A stretch of DNA of 64,000 nucleotides from Phormidesmis sp. (GTDB taxonomy: Bacteria; Cyanobacteriota; Cyanobacteriia; Leptolyngbyales; Leptolyngbyaceae): the NCBI GenBank assembly GCA_965248535.1, contig CBDFJR010000002.1:1536001-1600000 (forward strand), given 5' to 3'. Below are positions 1 to 9,886 of this stretch, one piece after another. Made by a program: the position numbers and the translations under genes. The notes beneath the pieces were generated by a model. The model made no database searches. It was not told where the DNA came from and was given only the letters and a program-made list of their open reading frames with translations. Within the stretch, counting starts at the first letter, position 1. Each line of letters begins with the position of its first letter.

Positions 1-45
1 GATGCCCTGATCAAAGGAGCGATCGCCGATCGCTTGAAGTCCTGA
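1..45 (+). CDS. possible 3' end of a CDS running into the window (…DALIKGAIADRLKS*)
   Basis: Open frame from base 1 to TGA at 43-45 with HIP1-like motifs typical of local coding DNA; too short to identify. Confidence 0.35.
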   Translation, partial: DALIKGAIADRLKS

Positions 46-167
46 GCACCCAGCGATAATGACTAGCGTTGACTAGAACTGAACCTATTAAATCAGTATT
101 CCCGGACTCGCTTAGATTTTATAGGCGGTTAGCTCGTTTGGGTGAAGAGATTTAAGCGATTTCTCCA

Positions 168-216
168 CACAAGAAAGGGGAATCAGAGTGTCTGGTTAGA
201 CTGCTCTCATTCCCCT
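168..216 (-). terminator. probable intrinsic terminator of infC
   Basis: Minus strand AGGGGAATGAGAG…CTCTGATTCCCCT stem followed by TTCTTGT, about 30 nt after the infC stop. Confidence 0.5.
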
Positions 217-243
217 GCCTTTTTAGAATGCACTTCGCAGAGA

Positions 244-780
244 CTATTTTTTAGGAGCCATCAGCATCATCATATTTCGCCCTTCTTTTTTGGGCGCTTG
301 CTGCACCTCCGCAAACTCTTGCAGATCGGTGGCCATGCGTTTGAGCAACTCTTCGGCCAAATCGCTGTGCTGAATCTCGCGACCCCGGAACATGATTGTC
401 GCCTTCACTTTGTCGCCTGCTTTTAAGAAGCGCTCTGCCTGATTGATCCGCACGTTATAGTCGTGCTCCTCAATCTTGTAGCGCATCTTCACTTCTTTGA
501 CATCGACGTTGTGCTGCTTTTTCTTAGCTTCTTTAGCTTTTTTCTCTTGCTCGAACTTGTGCTTACCGTAGTCTACGATTTTGCACACAGGAGGATCGGC
601 TTTGTCACTGACCAAAACCAGGTCGAGTTCCTTCTCGTCTGCCAGTTGCATCGCTTCACGAGAAGACATGATTCCTAGCTGGGAGCCGTCTGAGCCGATC
701 ACTCTGACAGTCGGGAAACGAATGCGTTCATTGATGACGGGAATATCTCGATTAGGTCTTTTCTCAATCAGAGGCGCCAT
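244..780 (-). CDS. infC: translation initiation factor IF-3
   Basis: [50 protein letters not shown] and [14 protein letters not shown] motifs. Confidence 0.98.
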   Translation of the reverse strand: MAPLIEKRPNRDIPVINERIRFPTVRVIGSDGSQLGIMSSREAMQLADEKELDLVLVSDKADPPVCKIVDYGKHKFEQEKKAKEAKKKQHNVDVKEVKMRYKIEEHDYNVRINQAERFLKAGDKVKATIMFRGREIQHSDLAEELLKRMATDLQEFAEVQQAPKKEGRNMMMLMAPKK

Positions 781-1042
781 TAATTATTATTGTTAGGGGA
801 TTAGGTGAACAAAAAAGAGAAGCAGTCAATCAAACAAAACGGAGGAATAAGAGGAATCAAATCAAACCGGGTATTGCTTATCGATCGGGGAAACTCCGTC
901 GATCACTAGATGACTCTAACCGTCATTCTACTCACTCTGGTCTAAGTTCTGTCTAGTTCTTAACTTAAATTCTAAACGACGAAGAGGTGAGTGGGGCAAA
1001 AAGGTCGTTTAGACTGGCGAACAAACGGTGAAACTGACGTTG

Positions 1043-1110
1043 AAGAATGTGGGTTAAATCTTGTTAGTTACTTGCGTGGGCAGGGGGTACGGCACTGCCG
1101 TACCCCTACG
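1043..1110 (-). repeat. 68-bp REP-like element (GTAG plus GC hairpin plus tail), copy 1
   Basis: Perfect hairpin GGGGTACGGCA-C-TGCCGTACCCC (1084-1106) preceded by GTAG on the minus strand; aligns without gaps to copies at 28478, 28553, 28644 and 62391. Confidence 0.8.
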
Positions 1111-1173
1111 TGGAAACTTAAAACTTGTAGAATTGGGATGAGGGCCTAAATTCTTAATAATGTTGAGGAAGTT

Positions 1174-2088
1174 GTGACAAGCGCTTTACATTGGCGGCAG
1201 CGGGTAGGCAGTCAGCGCGATTGGGTCTGGCGAGGCTGGCAAACTCGCTATACCTACATTCGTGCTGAGAGGGTCGAAAAGGCTCCGCCGCTGATGTTGC
1301 TGCACGGGTTTGGGGCCTCGATCGGGCATTGGCGACAAAATCTATCGGTCTTGGGTGAGCATCACACGGTTTATGCCCTCGATATGCTGGGGTTTGGGGC
1401 TTCTGAGAAAGCGATCGCTCCCTACAATGTGGCGCTTTGGGTTGAGCAAGTTTATGACTTCTGGAAAACGTTTATTAGAGAGCCGATCGTGCTGATTGGC
1501 AACTCGATCGGCTCTCTGGTCTGCATGGCGGCGGCGGCGACCCATCCCGATATGGTGCGGGGGTTGGTGATGCTCAATTTGCCCGACCCGTCGATCGAAG
1601 AAGAGATGATTCCTGAGCCATTGCGCCCTGTGGTGGCGACGATTAAAAGCTGGGTGGCTTCGCCGCTGGTGCTCAATCTCCTGTTTCAGTTTGTGCGAAA
1701 GCCGGGCGGCGTAAAGCGCTGGGCATCGCTTGCTTACGCCAACTCTGACGCAGTGACGGATGAGTTGGTCGAGATTTTGCTAGGGGCGGCTGAAGATCGG
1801 GGATCGGCGCGGGCTTTCTGCGCCATTTTTAGAGCGATCGTGGCTCCTAAATTTGGCCCCAGTGTCAAGAAGACGCTGCCTCACCTGCAAGTGCCGATGC
1901 TGTTGCTGTGGGGCAAGAACGATCGGATGATTCCGCCTAGTCTAGCGGCTCAGTTTGGTCGCTATAACGCCGACATGAAGGTGGTAGAAATTGAGAATGC
2001 AGGTCATTGCCTGCACGATGAAGCGCCTGAGCAAGTCAACTCAGAAATCCTAACCTGGATTGCATCCTGGTCTGGAACGTCAGCCTGA
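1174..2088 (+). CDS. alpha/beta fold hydrolase
   Basis: LLHGFGAS oxyanion motif, GNSIG nucleophile elbow, WGKNDRMIP and AGHCLHDEAP catalytic Asp/His regions. Confidence 0.93.
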   Translation: MTSALHWRQRVGSQRDWVWRGWQTRYTYIRAERVEKAPPLMLLHGFGASIGHWRQNLSVLGEHHTVYALDMLGFGASEKAIAPYNVALWVEQVYDFWKTFIREPIVLIGNSIGSLVCMAAAATHPDMVRGLVMLNLPDPSIEEEMIPEPLRPVVATIKSWVASPLVLNLLFQFVRKPGGVKRWASLAYANSDAVTDELVEILLGAAEDRGSARAFCAIFRAIVAPKFGPSVKKTLPHLQVPMLLLWGKNDRMIPPSLAAQFGRYNADMKVVEIENAGHCLHDEAPEQVNSEILTWIASWSGTSA

Positions 2089-2127
2089 CTTTTTTCTAGA
2101 AATCCCTGCTGCGGAGAATTTTTATCT

Positions 2128-2721
2128 GTGACCCCTGACCCTATGACTTTGTTAGAAGCCCCGATCGTCGAACTGTCTCACCCCTCAGAAGACCTGTTTC
2201 GGATTTCTCCCCTGATTCGCATCACGCTGCTGAGTCTCTATGGGGCGTTGACGACTCCGTTGCCGTTTCTGGCGGCAGTGACGAAATCTCCAGTGCCGCC
2301 TAACTTTCTGTGGGCAGGCATTGCGCTGGGCGCGATCGGACTTTATGCAGTCCTGTGCGAACGGGTTGTGGTCGATCCGCAAGGAATTCAGGTGACCTAT
2401 CCGCAGTGGGTGCCGAAATTTTTTCGTAAAGGATGGCAACTGCCTTGGGCAGAGGTCAAAGCGTTAAAGCCCCGATCGACGGGTCAGGGCGGCTTGGTCT
2501 ACTATTTTCTCAGCCAGTCGGGGCAGGGCTATTTGTTGCCGATGCGGGTGGCAGGGTTTGCGCGGCTAGTCCGGCGAGTCGAGGCAGAAACCGGAATTGA
2601 CACGCGAGATGTCAAACCCCTGTCTCAACCGTGGATGTACATTATCTTGCTGGGGCTGACGGTGATGCTGTTAGCGATCGACAGTTGGACGATCTGGACG
2701 GCAACCACTCTGACCCACTAG
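2128..2721 (+). CDS. hypothetical membrane protein (start may be ATG 2143)
   Basis: 197-aa ORF with three hydrophobic segments, co-oriented with the hydrolase. Confidence 0.75.
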   Translation: MTPDPMTLLEAPIVELSHPSEDLFRISPLIRITLLSLYGALTTPLPFLAAVTKSPVPPNFLWAGIALGAIGLYAVLCERVVVDPQGIQVTYPQWVPKFFRKGWQLPWAEVKALKPRSTGQGGLVYYFLSQSGQGYLLPMRVAGFARLVRRVEAETGIDTRDVKPLSQPWMYIILLGLTVMLLAIDSWTIWTATTLTH

Positions 2722-2742
2722 GTTAAGAATTCGCCGCCGGAT

Positions 2743-3552
2743 TTAAGTAAGGCTAGAAGTCATCAGGTCAGTCGTCATCTCAAAGTTAGCGGTGACGGTT
2801 TGCACATCGTCGAGGTCTTCTAGGGCATCCATGAGCTTGAGGATCGATCGGGCGAGATCGGGGTGATCCACCTCGATCGTAGTGGTCGGAATCCAGCGCA
2901 ATTCCACCAGGCTAACCGTGTACTGGGTTCTGAGGGTTTGGCTCAACGCTTCCAGGTTTTCGATTTCGGTCAGGACTTCGGCAACTTTTCCGTCTTCGGT
3001 GTCGATGAGTTCATAGGTTTCGGCACCGCCTTCGAGACAGACTTCTAGAAAGTCTTCTTCGTTGACGGCATCGAGTTCAGGCGGGCGATTGCGTCCCCGC
3101 TTGGTGGATGAAGTTGTCATCGCCACTTCGACTACACCTTTTTGCTCAAACATCCAGCCGACGCACCCAGATTCACCCAGGTTGCCGCCGTTTTTGCTAA
3201 ATGCTTCTCTGAGGGTGGCGGCGGTGCGATTGCGGTTGTCGGTGAGCGCTTCGATTAATACGGCGACTCCACCAGAGCCATATCCCTCATAGCGAATGGC
3301 TTCTAGCTCGGTGTTGTCTGCGCCTTTGCCTGCACCTTTAGCGATCGCTCGATCAATATTATCGTTGGGAATGCTGGCAGCTTTGGCCTTCTCGATCGCG
3401 GTGCGAAGCTGAAAATTAGCGGCCGGATCGGGAACGCCACTACGAGCCGCCACGATAATTTCTCGCGAAATTTTGGTGAAGACTTTGCCTTTGACCGCAT
3501 CGACTCGTGCTTTTTGGCGCTTAATATTCGCCCACTTACTATGTCCTGCCAT
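2743..3552 (-). CDS. yebC: YebC/PmpR family protein
   Basis: MAGHSKWANIKRQK N-terminus; YEGYGSGGVAVLIEALTDNRNRT; LEDLDDVQTVTANF. Confidence 0.97.
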   Translation of the reverse strand: MAGHSKWANIKRQKARVDAVKGKVFTKISREIIVAARSGVPDPAANFQLRTAIEKAKAASIPNDNIDRAIAKGAGKGADNTELEAIRYEGYGSGGVAVLIEALTDNRNRTAATLREAFSKNGGNLGESGCVGWMFEQKGVVEVAMTTSSTKRGRNRPPELDAVNEEDFLEVCLEGGAETYELIDTEDGKVAEVLTEIENLEALSQTLRTQYTVSLVELRWIPTTTIEVDHPDLARSILKLMDALEDLDDVQTVTANFEMTTDLMTSSLT

Positions 3553-3611
3553 ATCGAAATGAGAATGGATGCTAACAGTAGATGTTTAATTTAAGCGATC
3601 GTAGACGTTTT

Positions 3612-4447
3612 TCAACCTTTTCCCCCGGTGAAGGTGACTCCTTGAATAAAGTATCGATTAAAAAAGGCGTAAATTGCCAAAGCTGGAAGGGTAAAAATCA
3701 TAGAAGCCGCCATGATGTAGTTCCAGTAGGTGACATATTGCCCTTTAAACGCATTTAGCCCTAGAGGAAGGGTAAACATTTCTGGGTTTGACAAGACGAC
3801 TAGAGGCAATAAAAACTCATTCCAGGAACCCATAAAAATAAAAATAGTTTGAGCCGCTAGCGCAGGTTTTGCTAATGGCATCACGACTTGAAAAAAGGTT
3901 TCAAATCGATTTAATCCATCCAACGCGGCGGCTTCTTCTAACTCTTTAGGAAAGTTGAGAAAAAATTGCCTCATCATAAAAATAAAGGTGGCGTTGACGA
4001 GCGCAGGCGCAATTAAACCTTGATAAGAATTGAGCCATCCTAACGATTTGAGAATTAAGAACTTGGGTAAAAGCGTAATTTGTCCTGGTACGACTAAGAC
4101 AGCTAAAATCAGAAAAAATAGAAATTGCTTACCAGGAAATTTGATTCGAGCCAGTGCATAGCCTGCCATTGAGTTAAACAGCAAATTAAAGAGAGTCACG
4201 ATCGTGGCTACTATCTACGCTATTGAACTAACCATCTTCCAAACAAAGGTTCTTGTAAAAAGATGGTTTTGTAGTTGTCTAAGGTGAATGCTTTAGGAAC
4301 AAAATCTGTCCCGCCTGATGAAATCTCGGACAATGATTTGAAGGAGGCAGACAGCGCCCAAGCAAACGGAATAAAGGTCAAAAACCCATAGACAGCCAGA
4401 GCTATGTAAAGAAGCCACATCCACGATCGGGCCGATTTTGCAATCAT
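3612..4447 (-). CDS. carbohydrate ABC transporter permease (MalG-like), interrupted by two apparent single-base insertions at 4215 and 4228
   Basis: Removing C4228 and C4215 joins ORFs 4220-4447 and 3612-4199 into GRWLFNSVIVATIVTLFNLL; EAA loop ELEEAAALDG present. Confidence 0.85.
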
Positions 4448-4456
4448 GTTTCACCT

Positions 4457-5359
4457 TTAGTCTAATGATTCTTCTTGAAATAAACTGCGTTGAATTAGCG
4501 TCACTATCATAATCACTAGGGCTAGCATTAAAGTTAGAGCTAGAGCATATCCCATATCCAAGTTTTTGAAGGCATATTGATAGATTAGAAGCACGATCGT
4601 TAGAGTGGCATTATTTGGCCCGCCTGATCCACCTGAGAAAATATAAGACTGATCAAATAACTGAAAAGTGCCAATAATTCCCATTACGATCACAAAGAAC
4701 GTCACGGGTTTTAGGAAAGGAAGCGTGATGCACCAAAACTTCTCCCACGGGGTGGCACCATCGATTGAGGCTGCCTCATATAGACTCTCTGGAATATCTT
4801 GTAAGGCAGCTAAATAAATCACCATAAAAAGTGGAGCCGTCGCCCAAATGTTCATCAGCATAATGCCCTTGAGAGCAACGTCTGGATCGCCCAACCAATT
4901 GTAAGTAGGCAGCCTCAAAAAGCCGAGAAAACTATTTAGTAACCCATTAGTGTTATAAATCCACATAAAGATCAGAGTCAGAACGGCTGATGATGTGACA
5001 GTTGGTAGAAAAAACGCGACTCGAAACCAGCTTTTTCCGCGAATGTTAGTATTAAGAATTAGGGCTAATCCTAGCGCTAAGATAGTTTGAATGGGAACCA
5101 CGATCGCTACATAGTCCACCGTGTTTTTTAGGGCAATCCAAACTCGCTCATCCGCTCCCATTCGTATAAAGTTTTTAAGCCCAGCAAATCGATAGCTGAT
5201 TTCACCCAAGAGTTGAACTCGATAAAAAGCCAGCACGATCGTGAAGATTACCGGAATAATTAAAAAGATCCCTAAGACCACGATCGCTGGAGTCATAAAT
5301 AGATAGCCTGACAGCGTTTCTCGTGTGCTTTGTTTGTTCAGAATCGGTTTATTCAGCAT
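4457..5359 (-). CDS. carbohydrate ABC transporter permease (MalF-like)
   Basis: Multiple TM helices; IYLAALQDIPESLYEAASIDGA EAA motif. Confidence 0.95.
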   Translation of the reverse strand: MLNKPILNKQSTRETLSGYLFMTPAIVVLGIFLIIPVIFTIVLAFYRVQLLGEISYRFAGLKNFIRMGADERVWIALKNTVDYVAIVVPIQTILALGLALILNTNIRGKSWFRVAFFLPTVTSSAVLTLIFMWIYNTNGLLNSFLGFLRLPTYNWLGDPDVALKGIMLMNIWATAPLFMVIYLAALQDIPESLYEAASIDGATPWEKFWCITLPFLKPVTFFVIVMGIIGTFQLFDQSYIFSGGSGGPNNATLTIVLLIYQYAFKNLDMGYALALTLMLALVIMIVTLIQRSLFQEESLD

Positions 5360-5364
5360 ATCGA

Positions 5365-6618
5365 CTAGTTGGATAGATAAATTTCTCGATTTGCAGTATC
5401 TTGAGCTTTTTGCATCGCATCTTTAAGCGATTGTTGACCGATCAAAGCGCTAATAAATTGATTGTCAAAGTTTGTCAAAATCGTAGGCAGCGTTTCTCCA
5501 GATTGCCAGATCGTTGCATAGGTTGACCCAGCAATTAAGGGAGCATAAAGAGAGCTACGATCGGAGGTCAATTCTGCCAATACCGATCGTCGAGACGGCA
5601 AAGCAAATCCCTGATTTCCAGAGGCTTTCATTGTGGCTTCGCTCGTTAAGTAGTCGATCAGTTTCCAAGCAGCTTCTTTATGAGTTGAGCGACGGTTCAT
5701 CACATAGGCAACAGTGTAAGCCATTGTTCCTTTTCGACTATTAATTGTCGGCACTTCTGCGGTTGCAAACTTCAAATTTGGAAACGTTTCTTTAAAGTAG
5801 GGAATGCTCCAAGCCCCTGATAAAACCATCGCAACTTTTCCCTGACCCAGCATCTCGTCACCAGAGCTTGCCCCCACATCAGACGGTTGAGCCGATGAGC
5901 GATCGTGGCGATATTGCTCGATCACAAGCTGCAAACCCTTTAAGCTTTTGGGCGTGGCGAAGGCTGCATACTGATCGCGATCGACCAATTCGCCGCCAAA
6001 TGCCTGAAGAATAAACTGCTGTCGGGGCAATTCTGGAGTGATGCCAAATCCGTATCGAGTAACTTTTCCGTCGGGTGCAGCGATCGTTAGCTTTTTTGAG
6101 TCTTGAATTAGCTCATTCCAGGTTTTGGGAGGGCGGTTAATCCCTGCGGTTGCGAAAGCTTTTTGATCATAAAAAAGAGCCAATGTTGAGAAATCTTTTG
6201 GGATTCCATAGAGGTTTCCATGATGCTTAAAGGCGTTGATTAATGTGGGTTCAAAATCAGCTAAGTTAAATTCAGGTTTGATGTAGGAATCGAGCGGCTC
6301 TAAGACTTCATATTTCATTAAGAGCGGCGCTTCAAAGGCATCTAAATAAAACACATCGGGGGCAACTTCTCCGATTAAGCGGGTTTTGATCACATCCATA
6401 TATTGGCTGTTGATCACTTCGTGTTTAACTTTAATGTTTGGATATTTAGCCTCAAATTGGTCAATGACGTTCTTTAAAAGTCGAGACTCGATCGGGCTGC
6501 TTTGCCAACCACTGAGCGTAATCTCGATCGTACCCTCAGCATTTTGATCGTGAGAACGACACGAATTTATTAACAAAAGTAAACTTGAAACTATCAAACT
6601 AGAAAGCAGCTTTTTCAT
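5365..6618 (-). CDS. carbohydrate ABC transporter substrate-binding lipoprotein
   Basis: Lipoprotein-type signal (LLLINSC); family-1 SBP motifs APDVFY, LYGIPKDFSTLALFY, PPKTWNEL. Confidence 0.93.
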   Translation of the reverse strand: MKKLLSSLIVSSLLLLINSCRSHDQNAEGTIEITLSGWQSSPIESRLLKNVIDQFEAKYPNIKVKHEVINSQYMDVIKTRLIGEVAPDVFYLDAFEAPLLMKYEVLEPLDSYIKPEFNLADFEPTLINAFKHHGNLYGIPKDFSTLALFYDQKAFATAGINRPPKTWNELIQDSKKLTIAAPDGKVTRYGFGITPELPRQQFILQAFGGELVDRDQYAAFATPKSLKGLQLVIEQYRHDRSSAQPSDVGASSGDEMLGQGKVAMVLSGAWSIPYFKETFPNLKFATAEVPTINSRKGTMAYTVAYVMNRRSTHKEAAWKLIDYLTSEATMKASGNQGFALPSRRSVLAELTSDRSSLYAPLIAGSTYATIWQSGETLPTILTNFDNQFISALIGQQSLKDAMQKAQDTANREIYLSN

Positions 6619-6764
6619 AGATAAATTTCTAAAAGGCTGTATCTAACGAGCATTATCAAGTTAGTTAAATCTAAATCTGACTTCCATAAGACAGACTTTA
6701 GAACAAAAGCCCTCGCAATTGAGATAATGACCGTGAGAATCGCCAAGACGATGGAACAGTGCCC

Positions 6765-8083
6765 ATGATTTTGCAACAATTACGAGACGGTTTAAGGCGG
6801 CGAAATTTTTGGCAATGCCTGTCTAGAGTGTTTGCGCTTTGTCTCAGCCTGCTGCTGATCGGGTGTCAATCCCCGCCCGATCGTCGGATGTGACTCACCT
6901 AACCCTGTGGCAAGGAGTCAACCCGCCGCCCAACCGAGACGTTTTGCAAAAACTGGTCAATCAATTCAATCAGCAGCACCCAGATATTCAGGTTGAGTCG
7001 CTCTATGTGGGGCAAGGCGATCAGCAAATGCCCAAAATTCTCTCAGCCGTGGTGGGCAACGCCGCCCCCGATATGCTGTGGTTTGCGCCCATGTTGACTG
7101 GGCAACTGGTGGAATTGAATGCTCTACGATCGCTCGACGATTTCCTATCAGATTCGCCGTTGAAACCTCAGCTCGATCGCGCCCTTTTTGACACGATGAC
7201 TTATCAGGGTCACGTTTGGTCAATTCCCTTCAGCACAAACAACGTCGGAATTTTCTATCGTCCCAGTCTGTTCAAAGCGGCGGGGATCACCGAGTTACCC
7301 AAAACCTGGCAAGACTTTCGGCAAGTGGCAAAGCGGCTGACTCGTGACACCAATGGAGACGGGCGGGTGGACACTCACGGAATGGTGCTTCCCCTCGGCA
7401 AAGGAGAATGGAGCGTGTTTACATGGCTGCCGTTTATGTGGAGCGGGGGCGGCGAATTGATCGGTCAACCCAATGCAGGCACTGAGGCGTTAAGTATTGT
7501 TAACGAAGGCGCGATCGCGGCTCTGCAATTCTGGCGTGACTTGGTTCAAGATGGCTCGGCGATTCTCTCGCAGCCAGAGCGAGGCTATGAGTTGGATGGT
7601 TTTATCGCTGGAAAGGTGGCTATGCAAATCTCTGGGCCGTGGACACTCGGACAGCTTCAAGCGGCTAAAGTCGATTTTGGCGTGTTGCCCATCCCGATCG
7701 GGACTCGACCTGCAACCGCGATCGGGGGTGAAAATCTATTTCTGTTCCAATCAACTCCAGCGCGAGAAAGAGCCGCCTTTGCGTTTGCAGACTATGTGAT
7801 GAGTGAAGAATTTCAGACTCAGTGGGCGATCGGCACAGGCTATTTGCCCATCAATCTCAAAGCTCGTCAAAATTCTGACTATCTCAAGTTCAAAGCTCAA
7901 CAGCCTGCCGTCGATGTGTTTTTGCAACAGGCAAAATATGGACGATCGCGCCCCATTTTCCCCGGCTACAATCGCATCTCAGACAATTTAGGACGAGCGA
8001 TCGAAGCCACTCTCTTAGGTCGAAGCTCTCCCACAGAGGCGCTTAACGCTTCCCAACAACGCCTAGATTTGATCTTCAAATAG
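6765..8083 (+). CDS. carbohydrate ABC transporter substrate-binding lipoprotein, with an apparent one-base deletion in the C-run at 6871-6874
   Basis: ATG 6765 gives a signal peptide ending LSLLLIGC; adding one C joins it to the 6839-8083 frame (QSPARSSDVTHLTLW); SBP motifs APDMLW, PKTWQDF, GKVAMQISGPW. Confidence 0.85.
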
Positions 8084-8085
8084 TC

Positions 8086-8118
8086 AGAAGTCGGGGTTCT
8101 GTCAGAACCCCGACTTCT
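8086..8118. terminator. perfect inverted repeat between convergent genes (probable bidirectional terminator or REP-like palindrome)
   Basis: AGAAGTCGGGGTTCTG-T-CAGAACCCCGACTTCT lies between two stop codons. Confidence 0.7.
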
Positions 8119-8125
8119 AGTGGAG

Positions 8126-9886
8126 TTAGGCGATCGGCGGTGGATTTTGACGCAGTTGGCTGGGGGTCAGCGTCTCCATGCTGAAGTTTTGCCAGTCGTT
8201 CGTGACAAACTTCAACCGTCCGCCCCCAACGCCGCCGTTGTTGCTCCAATCAGCCGCCCACGGAGACGATGTGCTCCGCCAATAGTCGGCTCCATCACTA
8301 GCGAGATAATGGGTAGAAGCCCGATCGTCGATTCCATTCGGGTCATTGAGCACCAATCGACTCTGAAACCGAGTATAAATTCCAGCAATATCCGTGGGGT
8401 CAATGGTGGCTCGATCAGTCCAGAAGTGATAGTTATAGCCATTTCCCGTCACAACACTGGTTCCGCCACCGTTATTAGACTCGTCTTTGACCGAGGGCGG
8501 CTGTGAGGCATTGTTGGCAAAATCTTCCTTAAAATCGGCCCCATCTACGCGAGTAGCGTGCTGAAGCAAAACCCATTTCCCTGTTGACTTGCTGAGATAC
8601 CACGCATCTAGGTTTCGCAGTTGCACACGAGTGTTGCTATTGGCAGGAGGGTTCCAGCCCGCTTCGACATAGACTTGTCCCCACGCCGTAAACGCTTTCC
8701 AATCGCTAGGTGGGTTGTTGCCATAGCCCGAAACAGGTTTGTCATACCAACTGTAGTAACTAGGAACTCCAGACGGATGCCCCTCATTGGCCAAGGTCGA
8801 ATCATCAAAAGCGGGCGACAGAGTTGAGATCGGAGCCGGAATCGAAATCGGAGGAGGAACGGGAGCCGAAATAGAACTTTGAATGGGAGATGAAACCAGA
8901 GTCGGAATCTGAATGGGAGGTGAAACCGGAGTTGAAACGGAAATGGACGGTTGTGACACCCCAGATCCCGCAGAGATTAACTTGGCATCAGCCCAATCTG
9001 CATGGTCATAAGAGACCCCATCACCGCCGTCAGTGACGACTAGCTTTAAGACTTGTTTGCCTGTCACATCAATGTCGATCGCTCTAGCCGCAGTTCCTCC
9101 CCGCACCACGCCACTGTCAAACAGCTTCTGGTTATCGCCCCATACTTGAAAATCAACCGTTCCGTTGCCACCTGATTCATCATCGACCCCGATCGCTGAT
9201 AAAAAGCGGCTGTAGTTACCACTCAATTGATAATAGACCTCTGACAGCGAGTGCACCCCTAACCCTTTGCTAAACGACTGTCCAGCAATTTTGAGACTGT
9301 GGCCATCGGCCGTCCCTTGTTCGCCGTTGCTCAGGTCACGCTCGATCGGGCCCCAGCCATTGGTTTGAGAGTTGGGGGTCAAGTCGCTGATATAGGTCGC
9401 TCCCCCAGCCGGAGGCGCAATCACGCTAGCTGAAGAAAGCGCGCTGCTGGGGATCACCTGCTGTCCAAAGCCTGGCCCCGCCCACTCTAGGCTGACCGAA
9501 GCTTCTCCTCCCTCTTCGTAATATTCCACCTTGAGATCATGCTGACCGCTAGAAAGGGCGATCGTGCCTTGGTCTTGTTTAGAAGCGTGTGCAGTCCAGT
9601 CATCAATAATTGGTTTGCCGTCGATCCAAACTCTGATGCCATCGTCTGAATGGGTATAAAACGTGTAACTCCCATCTGTTGGAGCAGTGACTTTGCCTGT
9701 CCATCTGGCTGAAAAGTGATCGCTTGCGATCGCGGAACTAGGAGAACCATAAGCCCAGTTGAAGTTGAGAGCGGAATCGATGCGCGTCAGTGCAAGGGTG
9801 TTGGTGTTGAGATCAGTGCTGTTGAAGTACTGTGCTGTCAATCCACCACCGTTGCTAATAACGGAACTCACCATAAAAAACTCCAA
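8126..9886 (-). CDS. PA14 plus NPCBM/NEW2 carbohydrate-binding protein with a Pro/Ser linker and an unassigned C-terminal domain
   Basis: PA14 motifs (FSARWTG, YTFYTHSDDGIRVWIDG, LKVEYYEEGG); NPCBM motifs (NGWGPIERDLSNGE, KGLGVHS, DHADWADAKL). Confidence 0.88.
   Translation of the reverse strand: MEFFMVSSVISNGGGLTAQYFNSTDLNTNTLALTRIDSALNFNWAYGSPSSAIASDHFSARWTGKVTAPTDGSYTFYTHSDDGIRVWIDGKPIIDDWTAHASKQDQGTIALSSGQHDLKVEYYEEGGEASVSLEWAGPGFGQQVIPSSALSSASVIAPPAGGATYISDLTPNSQTNGWGPIERDLSNGEQGTADGHSLKIAGQSFSKGLGVHSLSEVYYQLSGNYSRFLSAIGVDDESGGNGTVDFQVWGDNQKLFDSGVVRGGTAARAIDIDVTGKQVLKLVVTDGGDGVSYDHADWADAKLISAGSGVSQPSISVSTPVSPPIQIPTLVSSPIQSSISAPVPPPISIPAPISTLSPAFDDSTLANEGHPSGVPSYYSWYDKPVSGYGNNPPSDWKAFTAWGQVYVEAGWNPPANSNTRVQLRNLDAWYLSKSTGKWVLLQHATRVDGADFKEDFANNASQPPSVKDESNNGGGTSVVTGNGYNYHFWTDRATIDPTDIAGIYTRFQSRLVLNDPNGIDDRASTHYLASDGADYWRSTSSPWAADWSNNGGVGGGRLKFVTNDWQNFSMETLTPSQLRQNPPPIA

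Noticed and set aside
778..790. Non-canonical AUU start of infC
   Set aside because: An ATG at 780 is closely preceded by in-frame TAA TAA, so ATG is the simplest start
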